Below, in pieces: positions 35,644 to 46,296 of a stretch of DNA of 64,000 nucleotides (position 1 is the stretch's first letter; every line of letters begins with the position of its first letter). This DNA comes from a virus. The position numbers and the translations under genes were made by a program. The notes beneath the pieces were generated by a model. The model ran no database searches. It saw nothing but the letters and a program-made list of their open reading frames with translations, and was not told where the DNA came from. The stretch is taken from the IMG/VR virus record IMGVR_UViG_3300031552_000002, positions 11,792 through 75,791 of that record, one strand, 5' to 3'.

Positions 35644-35644
35644 C

Positions 35645-36226
35645 TTACTTTGTCCTGGCCTCGATGGCGGCGACTGTTTTCCGGAGTTCAGTGATTGATG
35701 CCTGGAGCTGGGCGAGGGTCTGGAGGACGTGAATAGTGTTCAGGTAGGCGCCTCTGACTGATTGGAAGAACGTTATTTTCTGTCCGTCTTGGGGGAGATC
35801 AACGCGGTCGTCTGGTTTCATGTCGATATCCTCGGTGGTGTTTTCGCGTGGGGCCGGTAGTTTGGCGGCGTGGTGCCATCTCCTGCCGCTGATGTTCCCT
35901 ATTCGTATTCCGAGGGCGGAACTCATGGCCTCAACGGTGTGGCCGTTCCCGAGGCTTATCGCGACGTGTTCCTCGGCTCGTGTCCCCCGGTAGAGTAAAG
36001 CACCCAAGGTCTGGGAGGCGTCTTCGACGGCTAGGGCCAGACCGAGATCCTTAAGATACGCGTACTGGGACGCAGAGTAGTGCGGTAAAGGGATCCCGAA
36101 ATGGGCGGCGCACCACATGACGAGGCCGGAGCAGTCGAACGAGTCAGGGCCTTCAGCACCCCACACGTAGGGCTTTCCTCGCTGGGCAAGGGCCAGAGCG
36201 ATGAACTGTTCAGTGTCGTTCATCAT
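35645..36226 (-). CDS. Endolysin, NlpC/P60 peptidase
   Basis: GKPYVWGAEGPDSFDCSGL, HVAI. Confidence 0.85.
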   Translation of the reverse strand: MMNDTEQFIALALAQRGKPYVWGAEGPDSFDCSGLVMWCAAHFGIPLPHYSASQYAYLKDLGLALAVEDASQTLGALLYRGTRAEEHVAISLGNGHTVEAMSSALGIRIGNISGRRWHHAAKLPAPRENTTEDIDMKPDDRVDLPQDGQKITFFQSVRGAYLNTIHVLQTLAQLQASITELRKTVAAIEARTK

Positions 36227-36232
36227 AGCTTG

Positions 36233-36697
36233 TCAGGTCTCACCCAAGTACTGGGCTTCAATTGTCGAGAACCTCACGTCCTGTTGCGTCTCATTGCCGT
36301 AGATGGAAAGCCTCGCGGCGAGTCTCGTTCCGGCCGCAACGGTGAACCACGGGTTTATTTCAGCGCTACCGCAGAGCATAGTGCCCGTCCCGTTGATGTA
36401 GACACTCCCTGAAAGCACGATCTCCGCTATCTGTTCTTCCGATCCGGAAGCCCCGACCCCGAGCCCAACGAGAGCACGCATATAGGACGCTGGGACGGCA
36501 GGCCCGGAGCTAGAATGCGGGTGGTGCGTGAGCCTCAACACATAGGTGTCATCGGCTGCGGACGCGATCACTTCATACCATCCCCCATACCCACCAGCAG
36601 CGGACCCCTGCAATGTTTGGGTGATGGTTGTGATCCTGGTGTCATTCTTTTTTCCTGCGAGCGCTAGCTGTTTCTTCCCGATCTGCGACAGGCTCAC
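36233..36697 (-). CDS. Minor tail protein
   Basis: Position after tail genes, beta-rich. Confidence 0.5.
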   Translation of the reverse strand: MSLSQIGKKQLALAGKKNDTRITTITQTLQGSAAGGYGGWYEVIASAADDTYVLRLTHHPHSSSGPAVPASYMRALVGLGVGASGSEEQIAEIVLSGSVYINGTGTMLCGSAEINPWFTVAAGTRLAARLSIYGNETQQDVRFSTIEAQYLGET

Positions 36698-37056
36698 GAG
36701 ATCACCTCTGAGATGAGCGAGCCTGAAAGGTTGAAGGCCAGCGTGTCAGCGACGGATGACACGACGTAGATGGTGTCTCCGCTGGAGGCGGTGTATCCAG
36801 TGGTGAGGGCGTGGAACTCTCCTGGTCGCACTACGACGTTTTTCGCGACGTAGTGTTCTGCCGCCGTCGTTCCTACACCGGACGGACGCATGATGACGTC
36901 GTATCGTGCTTCCGTCCCGGATGCGATTGTTGCCACGTTGCACACCGAGATCGTCGAAACAACTAACTGCACCCCGGTGGGGACCGTGTAGAAAAGGACT
37001 TCTGAAGTCCCGGAGGGGCATTCTTGCCCCAGAATACTGTACGACGTTATCATCAT
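36694..37056 (-). CDS. Minor tail protein
   Basis: YTVP...VSTISVCN motif, position. Confidence 0.55.
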   Translation of the reverse strand: MMITSYSILGQECPSGTSEVLFYTVPTGVQLVVSTISVCNVATIASGTEARYDVIMRPSGVGTTAAEHYVAKNVVVRPGEFHALTTGYTASSGDTIYVVSSVADTLAFNLSGSLISEVIS

Positions 37057-37526
37057 GCGCCCATCAGGATAAAGGGATGAACAATTGCCGCCATCTCTAA
37101 TGGGGCAAGAGAACTCTCCGTGTTCGTCACGCGCCCATCAAGCGCTGAGAGCTGAGCCACCGTCGCATACTGGTAAGTCTCCGATGGTGTCTCTGTGGCC
37201 GGTGCCAGTATCGCTATCTGGACCGGTGGAACCATCGCCGATGGCAACTGGAAAGACCACGACCGGCCACCGGCAAACAACTCCTTGACGTCCCACGTCC
37301 AGCCTGTAGGCGACGTCAGCGGGTCATCCGTCACGAGAAGGTCTATCGAGAACTCGCCGGACCCGTCGAGCGTAACCAACAGTGGCGTAGGTGGGACGAC
37401 GACGTTCCCCGCCTGATCGAGAACCGTCGTCGATGGCTGGAACCGGACCTGACCCGCCACGGGGTCACCGTCAGGAGCCTGGTATGCCCCCACGACGCTC
37501 TTGTATGTGAACGGCGGTGTAGCCAT
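37053..37526 (-). CDS. Minor tail protein
   Basis: G.V.F.P, LDGSGEFSIDL, PTGWTW. Confidence 0.65.
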   Translation of the reverse strand: MATPPFTYKSVVGAYQAPDGDPVAGQVRFQPSTTVLDQAGNVVVPPTPLLVTLDGSGEFSIDLLVTDDPLTSPTGWTWDVKELFAGGRSWSFQLPSAMVPPVQIAILAPATETPSETYQYATVAQLSALDGRVTNTESSLAPLEMAAIVHPFILMGA

Positions 37527-37582
37527 TCCTCAGATCACCTCCACGCGCATTGGTAGAAATCCATTTCCCGCATTGGAATGTC

Positions 37583-38077
37583 TCACTGTCGGCGCTCTGC
37601 ACCATCAGGCCAGATGACGTTTACTGGTAATCCGATTCGCCGAGCACGCGCGACGATATCAGAAGTCCCGCCAAGGTATGGCGAATCGATACCGTCCCAG
37701 ACGGCTATTAGCTGGTCAATGGCGCCGAGCATCTTTTTTCCGGCAGCTAAATACGCTGCCGCCCCTGAAGGCCCATTGTGCGCGTACTGGATTGTTCTTG
37801 CACGACTCAACAGCTCGTCGAACTGCTCGACGCCATCATCATCAATGATGTCATCGCGGTAGTCTGTGGCTGGGATTATCGCGTCAAGAACCCCACCGAG
37901 TTCGAGAACAACATTAGCGAAAATCTGGTCCGCTCCAGCCGCAAGACTACTGACACCAACTATTTCTTGGGTTTCGCTGATCGGTGTCAGAAAGTTTCTC
38001 ACGGCATCTTCAATGCCAGGAACGCAGCTATTGACAAGCTTGATGTGCCCGGTGATTCCGATTCTCACAGGTCTCAC
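37583..38077 (-). CDS. SLOG-superfamily (YpsA-like) protein
   Basis: IGITGH, SSLAAGADQ, AVWDG, GGTSDIV; lower GC. Confidence 0.7.
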   Translation of the reverse strand: MRPVRIGITGHIKLVNSCVPGIEDAVRNFLTPISETQEIVGVSSLAAGADQIFANVVLELGGVLDAIIPATDYRDDIIDDDGVEQFDELLSRARTIQYAHNGPSGAAAYLAAGKKMLGAIDQLIAVWDGIDSPYLGGTSDIVARARRIGLPVNVIWPDGAERRQ

Positions 38078-39207
38078 GTCACCACCCCATCACCAGGCAG
38101 GAGCCTGTCTATCTGAGCTGACATCCGTTCCTCCCACGTTTTCATGATCGACCCGAGTTCGAGGGTCGCCTTCACGCCGCCAGACCCGGACACCGACAGG
38201 GCTATCTGTGACACCCGGCGCTCCACGACCTGCAACCCGGCAGCCCGGGTCAGGATCCAGTCCCCGGGCCGGTAGTCCACCCACGGACGTGACCCGTCAG
38301 CAGCGTCCGTCACCTCGTGCGTGAGCTGGACATCAGCGGCCCCATGAGCCCCCAGATACAGGTCACCGAGCGAATCGAGGACCCCTGAGGCTGCCTTCGA
38401 TTCTGAGACGAAGGCTTCACGGGCTCGCCTTCCGGTAAGGGCCTGGGTACGGCGTGCCGTCGCGTCAGCGGCCCCCAGGACGAGGACAGCAGTCGCTACG
38501 GCTTTCCGTGACCTCGCGACCGGCGCCGAGGTCACGTCCCGCCCAGGACGGAGCATCACGGGCTGGTGCCGCTCCAGGCCACCGGCCCACCGGTGCAGCT
38601 CCAGCTCACGGCCGTCCCACCGGGTCTCCAGCAGCCGCGCCTCTACCAGGGCCTTCACCACCGAGGAAAGTGTCGCCCCGGCCTTGTGGGTCACGGTGAC
38701 CGTGGTGGGCCACGCCACCCCAGAGGCGTCTACGGTCGCGGTCCCCGACACCGTGACACCCTGGAGGAGCCCCCGGGCCTGCGCCGACGTCACCAGGTCA
38801 GTGACGATCTTCCCTGGTGTTTCTGCCGTCCACGCCCACTCCGCCGGGGTCGTCCCGACGCCGCCCGAGGGCGGGACGAGGGCCTCGTCCAGGAGCGCGC
38901 TCAACCCGCGGCCCGTGATCCTGAGGGTCTCGGTCGCCGGGTCATCGCTGATCCACGTCGAGGCGTCATCGTCGAGAACCCACCAGGACGTGACCGCGCC
39001 ACCCTCGTACGGGATCGTGACCGACAGCTGCCGGTCCTCATCCACGTCGAGATGCTCTGCCCCGACCGAGGACCGGGGGACTTCGAGTTGCAGGGATCCT
39101 TCCCCAGACAGGACCTCCGAGATAGTCACCGACTGGTAGCCGCCGAGGACGGCAAGGCCCGTGGAGCCGGTTTCGTCCCACACCTTCAGGATCGGGTAGG
39201 GGATCAC
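38074..39207 (-). CDS. Minor tail protein (baseplate hub/Tal-like)
   Basis: Follows Dit; DYRPGDWI motif. Confidence 0.7.
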   Translation of the reverse strand: MIPYPILKVWDETGSTGLAVLGGYQSVTISEVLSGEGSLQLEVPRSSVGAEHLDVDEDRQLSVTIPYEGGAVTSWWVLDDDASTWISDDPATETLRITGRGLSALLDEALVPPSGGVGTTPAEWAWTAETPGKIVTDLVTSAQARGLLQGVTVSGTATVDASGVAWPTTVTVTHKAGATLSSVVKALVEARLLETRWDGRELELHRWAGGLERHQPVMLRPGRDVTSAPVARSRKAVATAVLVLGAADATARRTQALTGRRAREAFVSESKAASGVLDSLGDLYLGAHGAADVQLTHEVTDAADGSRPWVDYRPGDWILTRAAGLQVVERRVSQIALSVSGSGGVKATLELGSIMKTWEERMSAQIDRLLPGDGVVT

Positions 39208-40079
39208 CGGAGCCACTTCCGGTGTGTCTCGAACGCGACACTGAACCCGTCCGAGGCCCCAGTCGTGGCCACCAGAACACTCGGGCCGCGGTTCGGGGCA
39301 GGCGCCGGGGCCAGCTCGATAATCACCTGGTCGGTGAGGACCAGAGACGTGATGACCGACGTCGCCCCGACCACGGCCGTCCACGCCCCGGAATCCACGA
39401 CCAGGGACTCGGCCCCGGAGAGAGCCGACGCATACGCGAACCCCGACCCTGTCTCCTCGTCATACACCGACACTGTGGAGCACGGGCCGGTCACCGTGAC
39501 CACGGCATCAGAGCAGGGGGCGGTCTGCCCTGCCAGCGAGTACACCTCCATCGTCTGCTCACCCCCGGTCGACGTGTCATAGTCCACGCGGTGCGTCACC
39601 GGGTCCGTGTCTTCCCAGAACGACCCGGGGACCGACAGCTCGACTGACAGCCGGTACGCGGTGTCACCGATGGGCTTCGGTGCCAACGCTGAGACGACCT
39701 CACAGCCGGCAACCCGCCGGGACCCGTCGGCGTGGACTCGCTCCACTTGCAGGAGCCGGTGACGTGGGGCGAAGGCCCGGAGGAGCTCGTCGAGAGCCTG
39801 CTCGGACGCGGCGCGCCGCTCCAGACCGGTCACAGGGGCGACATGCCCTCCAGCTCCGGTGCCGTTCACGGCCAGGGTGAGGGTTTTCTTCCCAGGGCCG
39901 TAGCGTTTCCGGCGCCAGGACGTTCCGTGGACGCCGAGCAGAGTGGTGTCCTCTCCCCGGAGTCCGGGGACGTCGTCCCAGCCGTCGCGGTTTTCGATGG
40001 TCACCCCGTTGTCGTCGGTGACCTGGGCCCAGCGGTCCAGGCGGGCGCCGTCCACATACCAGCCCTCAGTCAGCGCCAT
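39204..40079 (-). CDS. Distal tail protein
   Basis: Immediately after tape measure. Confidence 0.7.
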   Translation of the reverse strand: MALTEGWYVDGARLDRWAQVTDDNGVTIENRDGWDDVPGLRGEDTTLLGVHGTSWRRKRYGPGKKTLTLAVNGTGAGGHVAPVTGLERRAASEQALDELLRAFAPRHRLLQVERVHADGSRRVAGCEVVSALAPKPIGDTAYRLSVELSVPGSFWEDTDPVTHRVDYDTSTGGEQTMEVYSLAGQTAPCSDAVVTVTGPCSTVSVYDEETGSGFAYASALSGAESLVVDSGAWTAVVGATSVITSLVLTDQVIIELAPAPAPNRGPSVLVATTGASDGFSVAFETHRKWLR

Positions 40080-43000
40080 CAGCCGAACATCCCCACTGCG
40101 GCGAGGCGCCGCATCACCCGGGTCGTGGATTCCGAGGCCGTCTCAGGGACAGGGTTCGTGACCTCGACATTCACGGTGGCGCCGGTGGCGAGCTGGTCCC
40201 ACTGCTGGGGGGTCAGGACCGGTTCCGGGTGCCCGGTCCGGTTGACGACAGTGGTTACGCCGGGGGGGATCCACCCGCCGGAATCGTATTTCAGGACAGG
40301 GCCGCCCCCGGAGAACCCGGGGATAATGTTGAGCGCAGACCTGAGTTTACTGACAATCCCGTTCGTGAGTTTCCGCGGAATCGCGGAAAGCATTCGCCCG
40401 AGCGGATTATCGGCTACTTCTTTCATTTTGTCGAGCCAATGCCCGATTGCTCTGCGGACCCAGCCGAGGGGATTCTTGAAATCGAATCCCGGTGGGGCGT
40501 CCTCGGCGTTACCGCCCGGCCCGAGATTCTCGAGGTAATACTGTTTCGGGAGCGACATCACGGATCTGGCTCCTTGGCCGACGAAGATGCCGTACTTGCT
40601 GCCCTTCGCTTCGAAGGGTAGCGATGCGAGATTCCCCACCATGTGCGTGCGTGAGACGCCGATCGTGTACATGCCTGTCCCAGGTTTAAAACCGAGAGAC
40701 GGGAAATCTGCCCTCGTAGTGAACGCACGCCGGTACGACGGACGTCCCGTTAGCCTGTTGAAGACCTCACCAGTGAGCCCTGAGCAGTCATACCCGCCGG
40801 GCCCGACGCCACCCCACACGTAGGGCAGGGGGTCCACAGACGGGAGCCAGTCCCTTACCTGCTGGACCACGCCACCAGCCGCGTACTTCGAGCCGATCAC
40901 GGTGCGTCCTGGGTCCCCGGACACGTTGACTTTCCCCCCAGCCGCGTTCAGGAGGTCGAGGAAGTCCAGCCCGAGAGCCTTCACCGCCGCAGCATTGATC
41001 ACGTACTCGCCGGCGGACAGGCGCGCGAGGACACTGTCTGACGTCGCGGTACCCGGGCCGTTGACCCTACCGCCTCTAGCGAATCCCTCAGGTAGTTTCA
41101 CTTCGTCAACCGGGTCAACACCGAACCAGCCGGCGACCTTGTTCCAGGTCCCGATGATTCCCTTGTTGATGATCGTGTTGACCATGAATCTGACGGGTAT
41201 CTTCGCGGCATCACTGATCGAGTCCCAAGCTGCCTTGATGGCGTCCACGCCGCGTCGGAATGGTGGCGCAACATTCTTACTAATGAAGTCCCCGAACGTA
41301 CTGAAAATAGGTCTCAGCACATTGTTCCATGTCGCGGACAAGAACGACGCTATCCCATTGAACACGGGAATGAAGATGACGTCCTTCAACCAGGTGAACA
41401 CCGGGGCGAGAACGCTCTCGACGAACATTTTAATAGCAGCGAATATGACTTTAATGACGGACCATGCGAGTTGGATCGCCGTCGTAACCAACGCCCACAC
41501 GAGCTGTATCTGCGGCAGTAACGTCGCCTTGAACACTGGGATGAGAACGGACTCGATGTATGAACGGATCGCGGCGAATACGACTTTAATGACGGACCAC
41601 GCGGCGCTGATCGCCAACCGTATTCCGCTAAATGCCGGGCGGACGGCGTTCTCCAGAAGCCAGGTGAACGCGACCCCGAGCACATCATGGATCGTCCCCG
41701 CGATCTGCGAGAACGCCGCCCCCAAGGTGGACGCGAGGAGCCCGACAGCGGCCCCCACGGCTTCCGCCACCGTATCCACAACGGTCCGGAACACGTCCCA
41801 GTGCTGGTATGCCTGGACGACAGCGAGCCCCAGCAGTGCCAGCGCAGCGACCACTACGGCGACGACCCCGATAATGACGCCGAGGGACACCGACAGCGTC
41901 CCGATCGTCACCGTGAAGGCCATCACCGGGGCCGTGATGACCCCGACCACCAGGCCCATCACACTGAGAGCCACCGACACCGCCGTCAGGGAGATCGCCA
42001 CCGCCTGGATGGCCCACGGCGGCATCGCGGCAATGAGGTTCGCGAACTGCCCGATGAGCTGGAGAACGACCGGGCCGATCGGAGACAACGCCACCGTGAT
42101 CTGCGTGAAGGCCCTAGAAATGGACGCGATGGTCTGGGCTACTACCGGTCCGGTCTCACGCAGATAGCCCATGAGAGCCTGCACGGCCTCGGACCCACCA
42201 GCGGACTTCCCGAACTCAGCGAACCTCGCTGAGAGATCTTCCAGGGACTTCCCGAGCCCCATCCCCACCGGTGAGAAAGCCTGAAACAGCCCGGCGAACC
42301 CCGTGGTGAGGTTCCCCAGAGTCCGCGCGAATATCTGCACTGACGTGATCGCAGTCCCACCGAGCCACGAGAAGAACTGGCGCCACCACGGCCCGGCGAG
42401 CGTGGCCCCGGCTTCCCGGGCCAGCTCTCCGAGAGCAGCACCCATCCGCCCGACCCACGTCGTGAAACCACCCAGGTAAGGAAGGACAGAACGGATCCCG
42501 TCCTGGAGCCCGGGCAAGAACCCGCTCTGCGCGACCTTCGGGATCTCCCGGAGCTGGGGGAGGAGTGTCCCGGCGATGAACTGCGCGAACGCGCGGCCCT
42601 CCGGTGAGAGAGCCGCCATCCTCTGCTGAAGGTCCAGCATCGCGGCGCCGCCGACCGATCCGGCCGAGAGCGCTGCCTGCTCGATTCCACGCTGGGCAGA
42701 GACCACAGCCTGTTGCGCGGACGCTACGGACGCCGCTGACCGGCGCTGCTGCTCGGCTGACGACCGGACCGCTACGGCGAGGGCCAGCTCGGCGTCAGCG
42801 ACCTTCCGCGACGCCTCACGGTGGGCGTCAGCGGCCCCGGTGACGGCGTCCCTGACTCCCTGCTGGGCGTCAGCGACCCGCCGTGCCGACTGCTCCTGCT
42901 GGAGCCCAGCCTGAGCCGACGCGTCCGCCACTCTCTGCTCGGCGTCCCCCACCTGGCGGCGTGCCTGCGCCGTACGCTTCTGGGCGTTGGTCACGGCGTC

Positions 43001-44680
43001 AGAACCCTCAACACCGGCCCGGGACGCCTTCGCCTGTTCCTCCCGGAGACGGACCAGCTCCCGCCCCTGGTCCGACAAGGCCAGGGTCGCTTCCTTGACC
43101 GCGAGGATTGCTTTCCGGCGGTCCAGCTCCGTCGACTTCGGGTCGCTGGCGACCTCCGCTGCCCGCTGCCGGGCCTCAGCGAGCCGGATCTGTGCCGACT
43201 CCTCGTCGAGGACGCTGCCCGCGAGCCGGGATTGAAGGTCCTCCAGATCCTTCGCAGCTTGCTTGCGCGCGTCGTTCACGGCGAGCTGCGCGGACAGGAA
43301 ATCGCGCTGGGCCCTAGCGAGGGACTCCTCGGCGTCCTGGACCTGCCGGGCAGCAGCAGCCTCATCCCGGGCGGCGTCCCGTTTCACGTCGGCGAGATCC
43401 CGGCGGGCGTCCCGGACCCGGCGCGCTGCCTCGGCCTCCTGCGCTGCTGCCTCCCGGCGCGCGTCAGCCACCGAACGGGTCGCAGCCGCGACCTGCTCCG
43501 CCGACCGGACCTGCTGCTCACGGGCAGCAGCCACAGCGCCGGCAAGCGACCGCTGCGCGGACCGTAGACCATCCGACGCCGCAGCCATCTGCCCCTGAGA
43601 CCGGGCAGCACCAGCAGCAGCCTGCCCGGACTGGTCCTCTGCTTTCCCGAGCGCCTGCACAGCGCCGATCACCGGGATCAGGGCCATAGCCAGGACACCG
43701 ACAGCGCCAGCAGCGCCGACCGCTGCTACCCCGATGGCGGCGATCCCTCCGATAGCAGCAGCCCCCAGCGGGACCAGAGCAGGCCCCAGAGTGAGGATCA
43801 CCGCGGCCAGCATCCCCACGGACGGCGTAGCCCCCGAGGACGCCGCCCCGATCGCTGTCAGCCCGGCAACCGCGCGCCCGGAATCGACATCGACGTTCAC
43901 GGTGATGTCATCGGCATCGACCCGTGCCGCCTGCGCGGAAAATCTGGTGAGTGCTGCCTGCGCGGCCCCGGCATCCACTTGGATCCGGACGTCAGGGCTC
44001 GACGCCGACAGGGCCGCGAGGCGTGCTTCGAGATCGCGGACCTGGGCGAGGGCCTGCGCGGCGTCCACGTCCACGCCGATTTCCTGGTCCTGGAGGGACG
44101 CGAGGGAGGCGCGGACGTCGGCGATCTCACGGTCAGCAGCGGTCGAGTCAGCGTCGATCTCTACCTCGGGGAGAGCATCGAAGGCCCCGGCTAGTGACCT
44201 TGTGAAACCGCGGGTGAACGCCGACCCCGTACGCTCACCTGCTGCCGGGGCGTCACGTTCTGCCTGCGCCGAGCCGTCCCTGGCACCGCTGGCCACGCCC
44301 TCGGAGATCCGGGCGCGGGCCTTCTGGCCGGCTTCCCCGGCGGCCTTGTCCATCCTTGAGGAAAGCCTCGACGTGTCCACATCGACGTTGACTCTCTGGT
44401 CTTTCAGCCCTGCCCGGATCGTGGCGTTCGCGGTCCGGGCGAAAGCCTTCCCGTACTCCGCCCCGGACCTGGTGCCGATCGCGGAGACGTCCACGCCGCG
44501 CAGGGCGTCCCGTAGTCCCTGCGCGGCGTGGCGTCCGAGGAGCTGGCCCAGCTGCCGACCGGCCCGCTCCCCGACCTTGATGACCTGTGGTGTGACCCCG
44601 GCCGTTAGTTCCCGCCCGAATCCCGCCGTGTCGGGGACGATCTCGACGCTGACGCTCCCAGCGCTGGCCTCAGCTGGCAT
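40079..44680 (-). CDS. Tape measure protein with C-terminal NlpC/P60-like motif
   Basis: 1533 aa, coiled coil, W/F periodic repeats, GPGTATSDSV, PYVWGG..GYDCSGL. Confidence 0.95.
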   Translation of the reverse strand: MPAEASAGSVSVEIVPDTAGFGRELTAGVTPQVIKVGERAGRQLGQLLGRHAAQGLRDALRGVDVSAIGTRSGAEYGKAFARTANATIRAGLKDQRVNVDVDTSRLSSRMDKAAGEAGQKARARISEGVASGARDGSAQAERDAPAAGERTGSAFTRGFTRSLAGAFDALPEVEIDADSTAADREIADVRASLASLQDQEIGVDVDAAQALAQVRDLEARLAALSASSPDVRIQVDAGAAQAALTRFSAQAARVDADDITVNVDVDSGRAVAGLTAIGAASSGATPSVGMLAAVILTLGPALVPLGAAAIGGIAAIGVAAVGAAGAVGVLAMALIPVIGAVQALGKAEDQSGQAAAGAARSQGQMAAASDGLRSAQRSLAGAVAAAREQQVRSAEQVAAATRSVADARREAAAQEAEAARRVRDARRDLADVKRDAARDEAAAARQVQDAEESLARAQRDFLSAQLAVNDARKQAAKDLEDLQSRLAGSVLDEESAQIRLAEARQRAAEVASDPKSTELDRRKAILAVKEATLALSDQGRELVRLREEQAKASRAGVEGSDAVTNAQKRTAQARRQVGDAEQRVADASAQAGLQQEQSARRVADAQQGVRDAVTGAADAHREASRKVADAELALAVAVRSSAEQQRRSAASVASAQQAVVSAQRGIEQAALSAGSVGGAAMLDLQQRMAALSPEGRAFAQFIAGTLLPQLREIPKVAQSGFLPGLQDGIRSVLPYLGGFTTWVGRMGAALGELAREAGATLAGPWWRQFFSWLGGTAITSVQIFARTLGNLTTGFAGLFQAFSPVGMGLGKSLEDLSARFAEFGKSAGGSEAVQALMGYLRETGPVVAQTIASISRAFTQITVALSPIGPVVLQLIGQFANLIAAMPPWAIQAVAISLTAVSVALSVMGLVVGVITAPVMAFTVTIGTLSVSLGVIIGVVAVVVAALALLGLAVVQAYQHWDVFRTVVDTVAEAVGAAVGLLASTLGAAFSQIAGTIHDVLGVAFTWLLENAVRPAFSGIRLAISAAWSVIKVVFAAIRSYIESVLIPVFKATLLPQIQLVWALVTTAIQLAWSVIKVIFAAIKMFVESVLAPVFTWLKDVIFIPVFNGIASFLSATWNNVLRPIFSTFGDFISKNVAPPFRRGVDAIKAAWDSISDAAKIPVRFMVNTIINKGIIGTWNKVAGWFGVDPVDEVKLPEGFARGGRVNGPGTATSDSVLARLSAGEYVINAAAVKALGLDFLDLLNAAGGKVNVSGDPGRTVIGSKYAAGGVVQQVRDWLPSVDPLPYVWGGVGPGGYDCSGLTGEVFNRLTGRPSYRRAFTTRADFPSLGFKPGTGMYTIGVSRTHMVGNLASLPFEAKGSKYGIFVGQGARSVMSLPKQYYLENLGPGGNAEDAPPGFDFKNPLGWVRRAIGHWLDKMKEVADNPLGRMLSAIPRKLTNGIVSKLRSALNIIPGFSGGGPVLKYDSGGWIPPGVTTVVNRTGHPEPVLTPQQWDQLATGATVNVEVTNPVPETASESTTRVMRRLAAVGMFG

Positions 44681-44686
44681 CAGGTC

Positions 44687-45190
44687 CTACCTTCCGGGTC
44701 GGTTGGCTAGTAGGCGTTCAGCAGCGGCGCGGGCGCTGGGACTGGCCGATGCCAGCACACTGTCGAGGGTCCGGGGACGGCGGCGAGTGTCGTTACCGTC
44801 CGCCGGTGGGTCCCCGGTGCCAGGGCGCGGTAGGCGGGATGGACGTTTCGGTCGTTTCTTCCACTGGCCGAGGACCCAGGTCTGCTCGGCGACCCTGTCA
44901 GCGATCTCCGCGAGCAGCATCTCCGTGTGGGACCAGGGGCCGTGCCCCTGCTGGGAGGATGCTGCTGCCTCCAGCTCGCCCGGGGTGAGGGAATCACGGA
45001 TCGCTGTCGAGGTCGCTGACTCCCCAGGGAGCCCATGGATGAGGGCCAGGCACCGGCGGTGGGTAAGCCTCGACGGCCCGCCCCCGGGACGCCACAGGTC
45101 ACGGAGATCGATCCTGTAGTACCGCTGAAGGTCGGCCTCTACCTGCGGCGCCCACGAGCGGAGGCACGCCGCGAGGCCCTGGATCCCCCC
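44687..45190 (-). CDS. Tail assembly chaperone, -1 frameshift extension
   Basis: VEADLQRYYRIDLRDL; entered via GGGGGGA at 45184-45190. Confidence 0.75.
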   Translation of the reverse strand, partial: GGIQGLAACLRSWAPQVEADLQRYYRIDLRDLWRPGGGPSRLTHRRCLALIHGLPGESATSTAIRDSLTPGELEAAASSQQGHGPWSHTEMLLAEIADRVAEQTWVLGQWKKRPKRPSRLPRPGTGDPPADGNDTRRRPRTLDSVLASASPSARAAAERLLANRPGR

Positions 45191-45606
45191 AGGGACTGGC
45201 CCATGGCCTCCATCACGGCGTCGATGATCCGCTTCCGTGCGCCAACAGAGAGGGCGATCCATTCCTCCTGGAACCATCCCTGATCGTCAGGGTGACTCAG
45301 GGACGGGAACACCGACAGCGACCCTTGATCCACGATCGCGTCGTAGACCCGGCCGGGCCACTCCGTGAGGGGAAGGCATCGGAAGACCAAGCCCTCGACC
45401 TCGACCTCGATCCACTCAGTTTCTTCAGCCGCGACCTCAGCGGTGATGGCGTCGGAAAGATCTGGCGGGTCCAGTCTCCCGGTAGGGTCTGGAGTCCGGA
45501 TTGTCTCGGTCACTGCTGGGGCGCGTTGCGCCCGTGTCGAGGGCCTCTGTGTCGAGGGCCTCCGTGTCGTGGTTTTCCTGGGCGTCGTTTTCTTGGTGGC
45601 AGCCAT
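45139..45606 (-). CDS. Tail assembly chaperone
   Basis: Between major tail and tape measure; slippery site near 3' end. Confidence 0.8.
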   Translation of the reverse strand: MAATKKTTPRKTTTRRPSTQRPSTRAQRAPAVTETIRTPDPTGRLDPPDLSDAITAEVAAEETEWIEVEVEGLVFRCLPLTEWPGRVYDAIVDQGSLSVFPSLSHPDDQGWFQEEWIALSVGARKRIIDAVMEAMGQSLGGSRASRRASARGRRR

Positions 45607-45702
45607 CTGTTACCCCTCGGTCCTTTCCCCTCGGTTGTCTGGTGTGGTGAGCGCGGGGGCCAGCCGAGGGGACCCAACCCCCGCGCCTTATCACGGCGAC
45701 CG

Positions 45703-46296
45703 TCAGGAAGCCGCCGCGAGTTCTGGGATGTGGAAGTACTCGTACAGGGCCTTCCCGTCAGCGCCCGGGTACGCAGTGAACGTGACTTCGTACTGGATCG
45801 GGGACCCCTTCGCGACCTGGATCTCTCCCCGGTCGCTGACCTCACACGACGGGTAGTAGTACCGCAACGCGTTGACGCCGTCCACGACGTCAACGACCAC
45901 CGAGTACGTCTGAACACCGATGGTCCCGATGGACAGGTCGAAATCCCCCTGGGCGTCAGGGACGATCGTGCCCGGCTCCAGACGGTTGTAAATCTCGATG
46001 GTCGTCGGGTTCGTTTCCAGGAACGTCACGCCCAAGGTCTGCTTCGAATCGGTGTTCAGGGTCCGGACGGGACCGGACGCCGCGTACGCTCCGACGTCCT
46101 CGGATGACTCGTCAACCCCGAGGGTCACCCCATCCGTGGTGATGTACCCAGCCGATTCCCACCCGGCAGGGAGCGCCGTGGTGGCGTCAGTGGGAGCTGT
46201 CGCCGTGGTCGGGGCAACCCACAGAAGCTCCAGTGCTGTGGTGCCACCGGCTGCGACGCCGGCGAGGATCAGGTCACGGTTCGCTGTCACGCTCAT
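45703..46296 (-). CDS. Major tail protein
   Basis: GYITTDGV, FLET, YEVTFTAYP. Confidence 0.9.
   Translation of the reverse strand: MSVTANRDLILAGVAAGGTTALELLWVAPTTATAPTDATTALPAGWESAGYITTDGVTLGVDESSEDVGAYAASGPVRTLNTDSKQTLGVTFLETNPTTIEIYNRLEPGTIVPDAQGDFDLSIGTIGVQTYSVVVDVVDGVNALRYYYPSCEVSDRGEIQVAKGSPIQYEVTFTAYPGADGKALYEYFHIPELAAAS

Noticed and set aside
45184-45190. Frameshift as a novelty or pseudogene
   Set aside because: Standard programmed -1 frameshift of siphovirus tail assembly chaperones.
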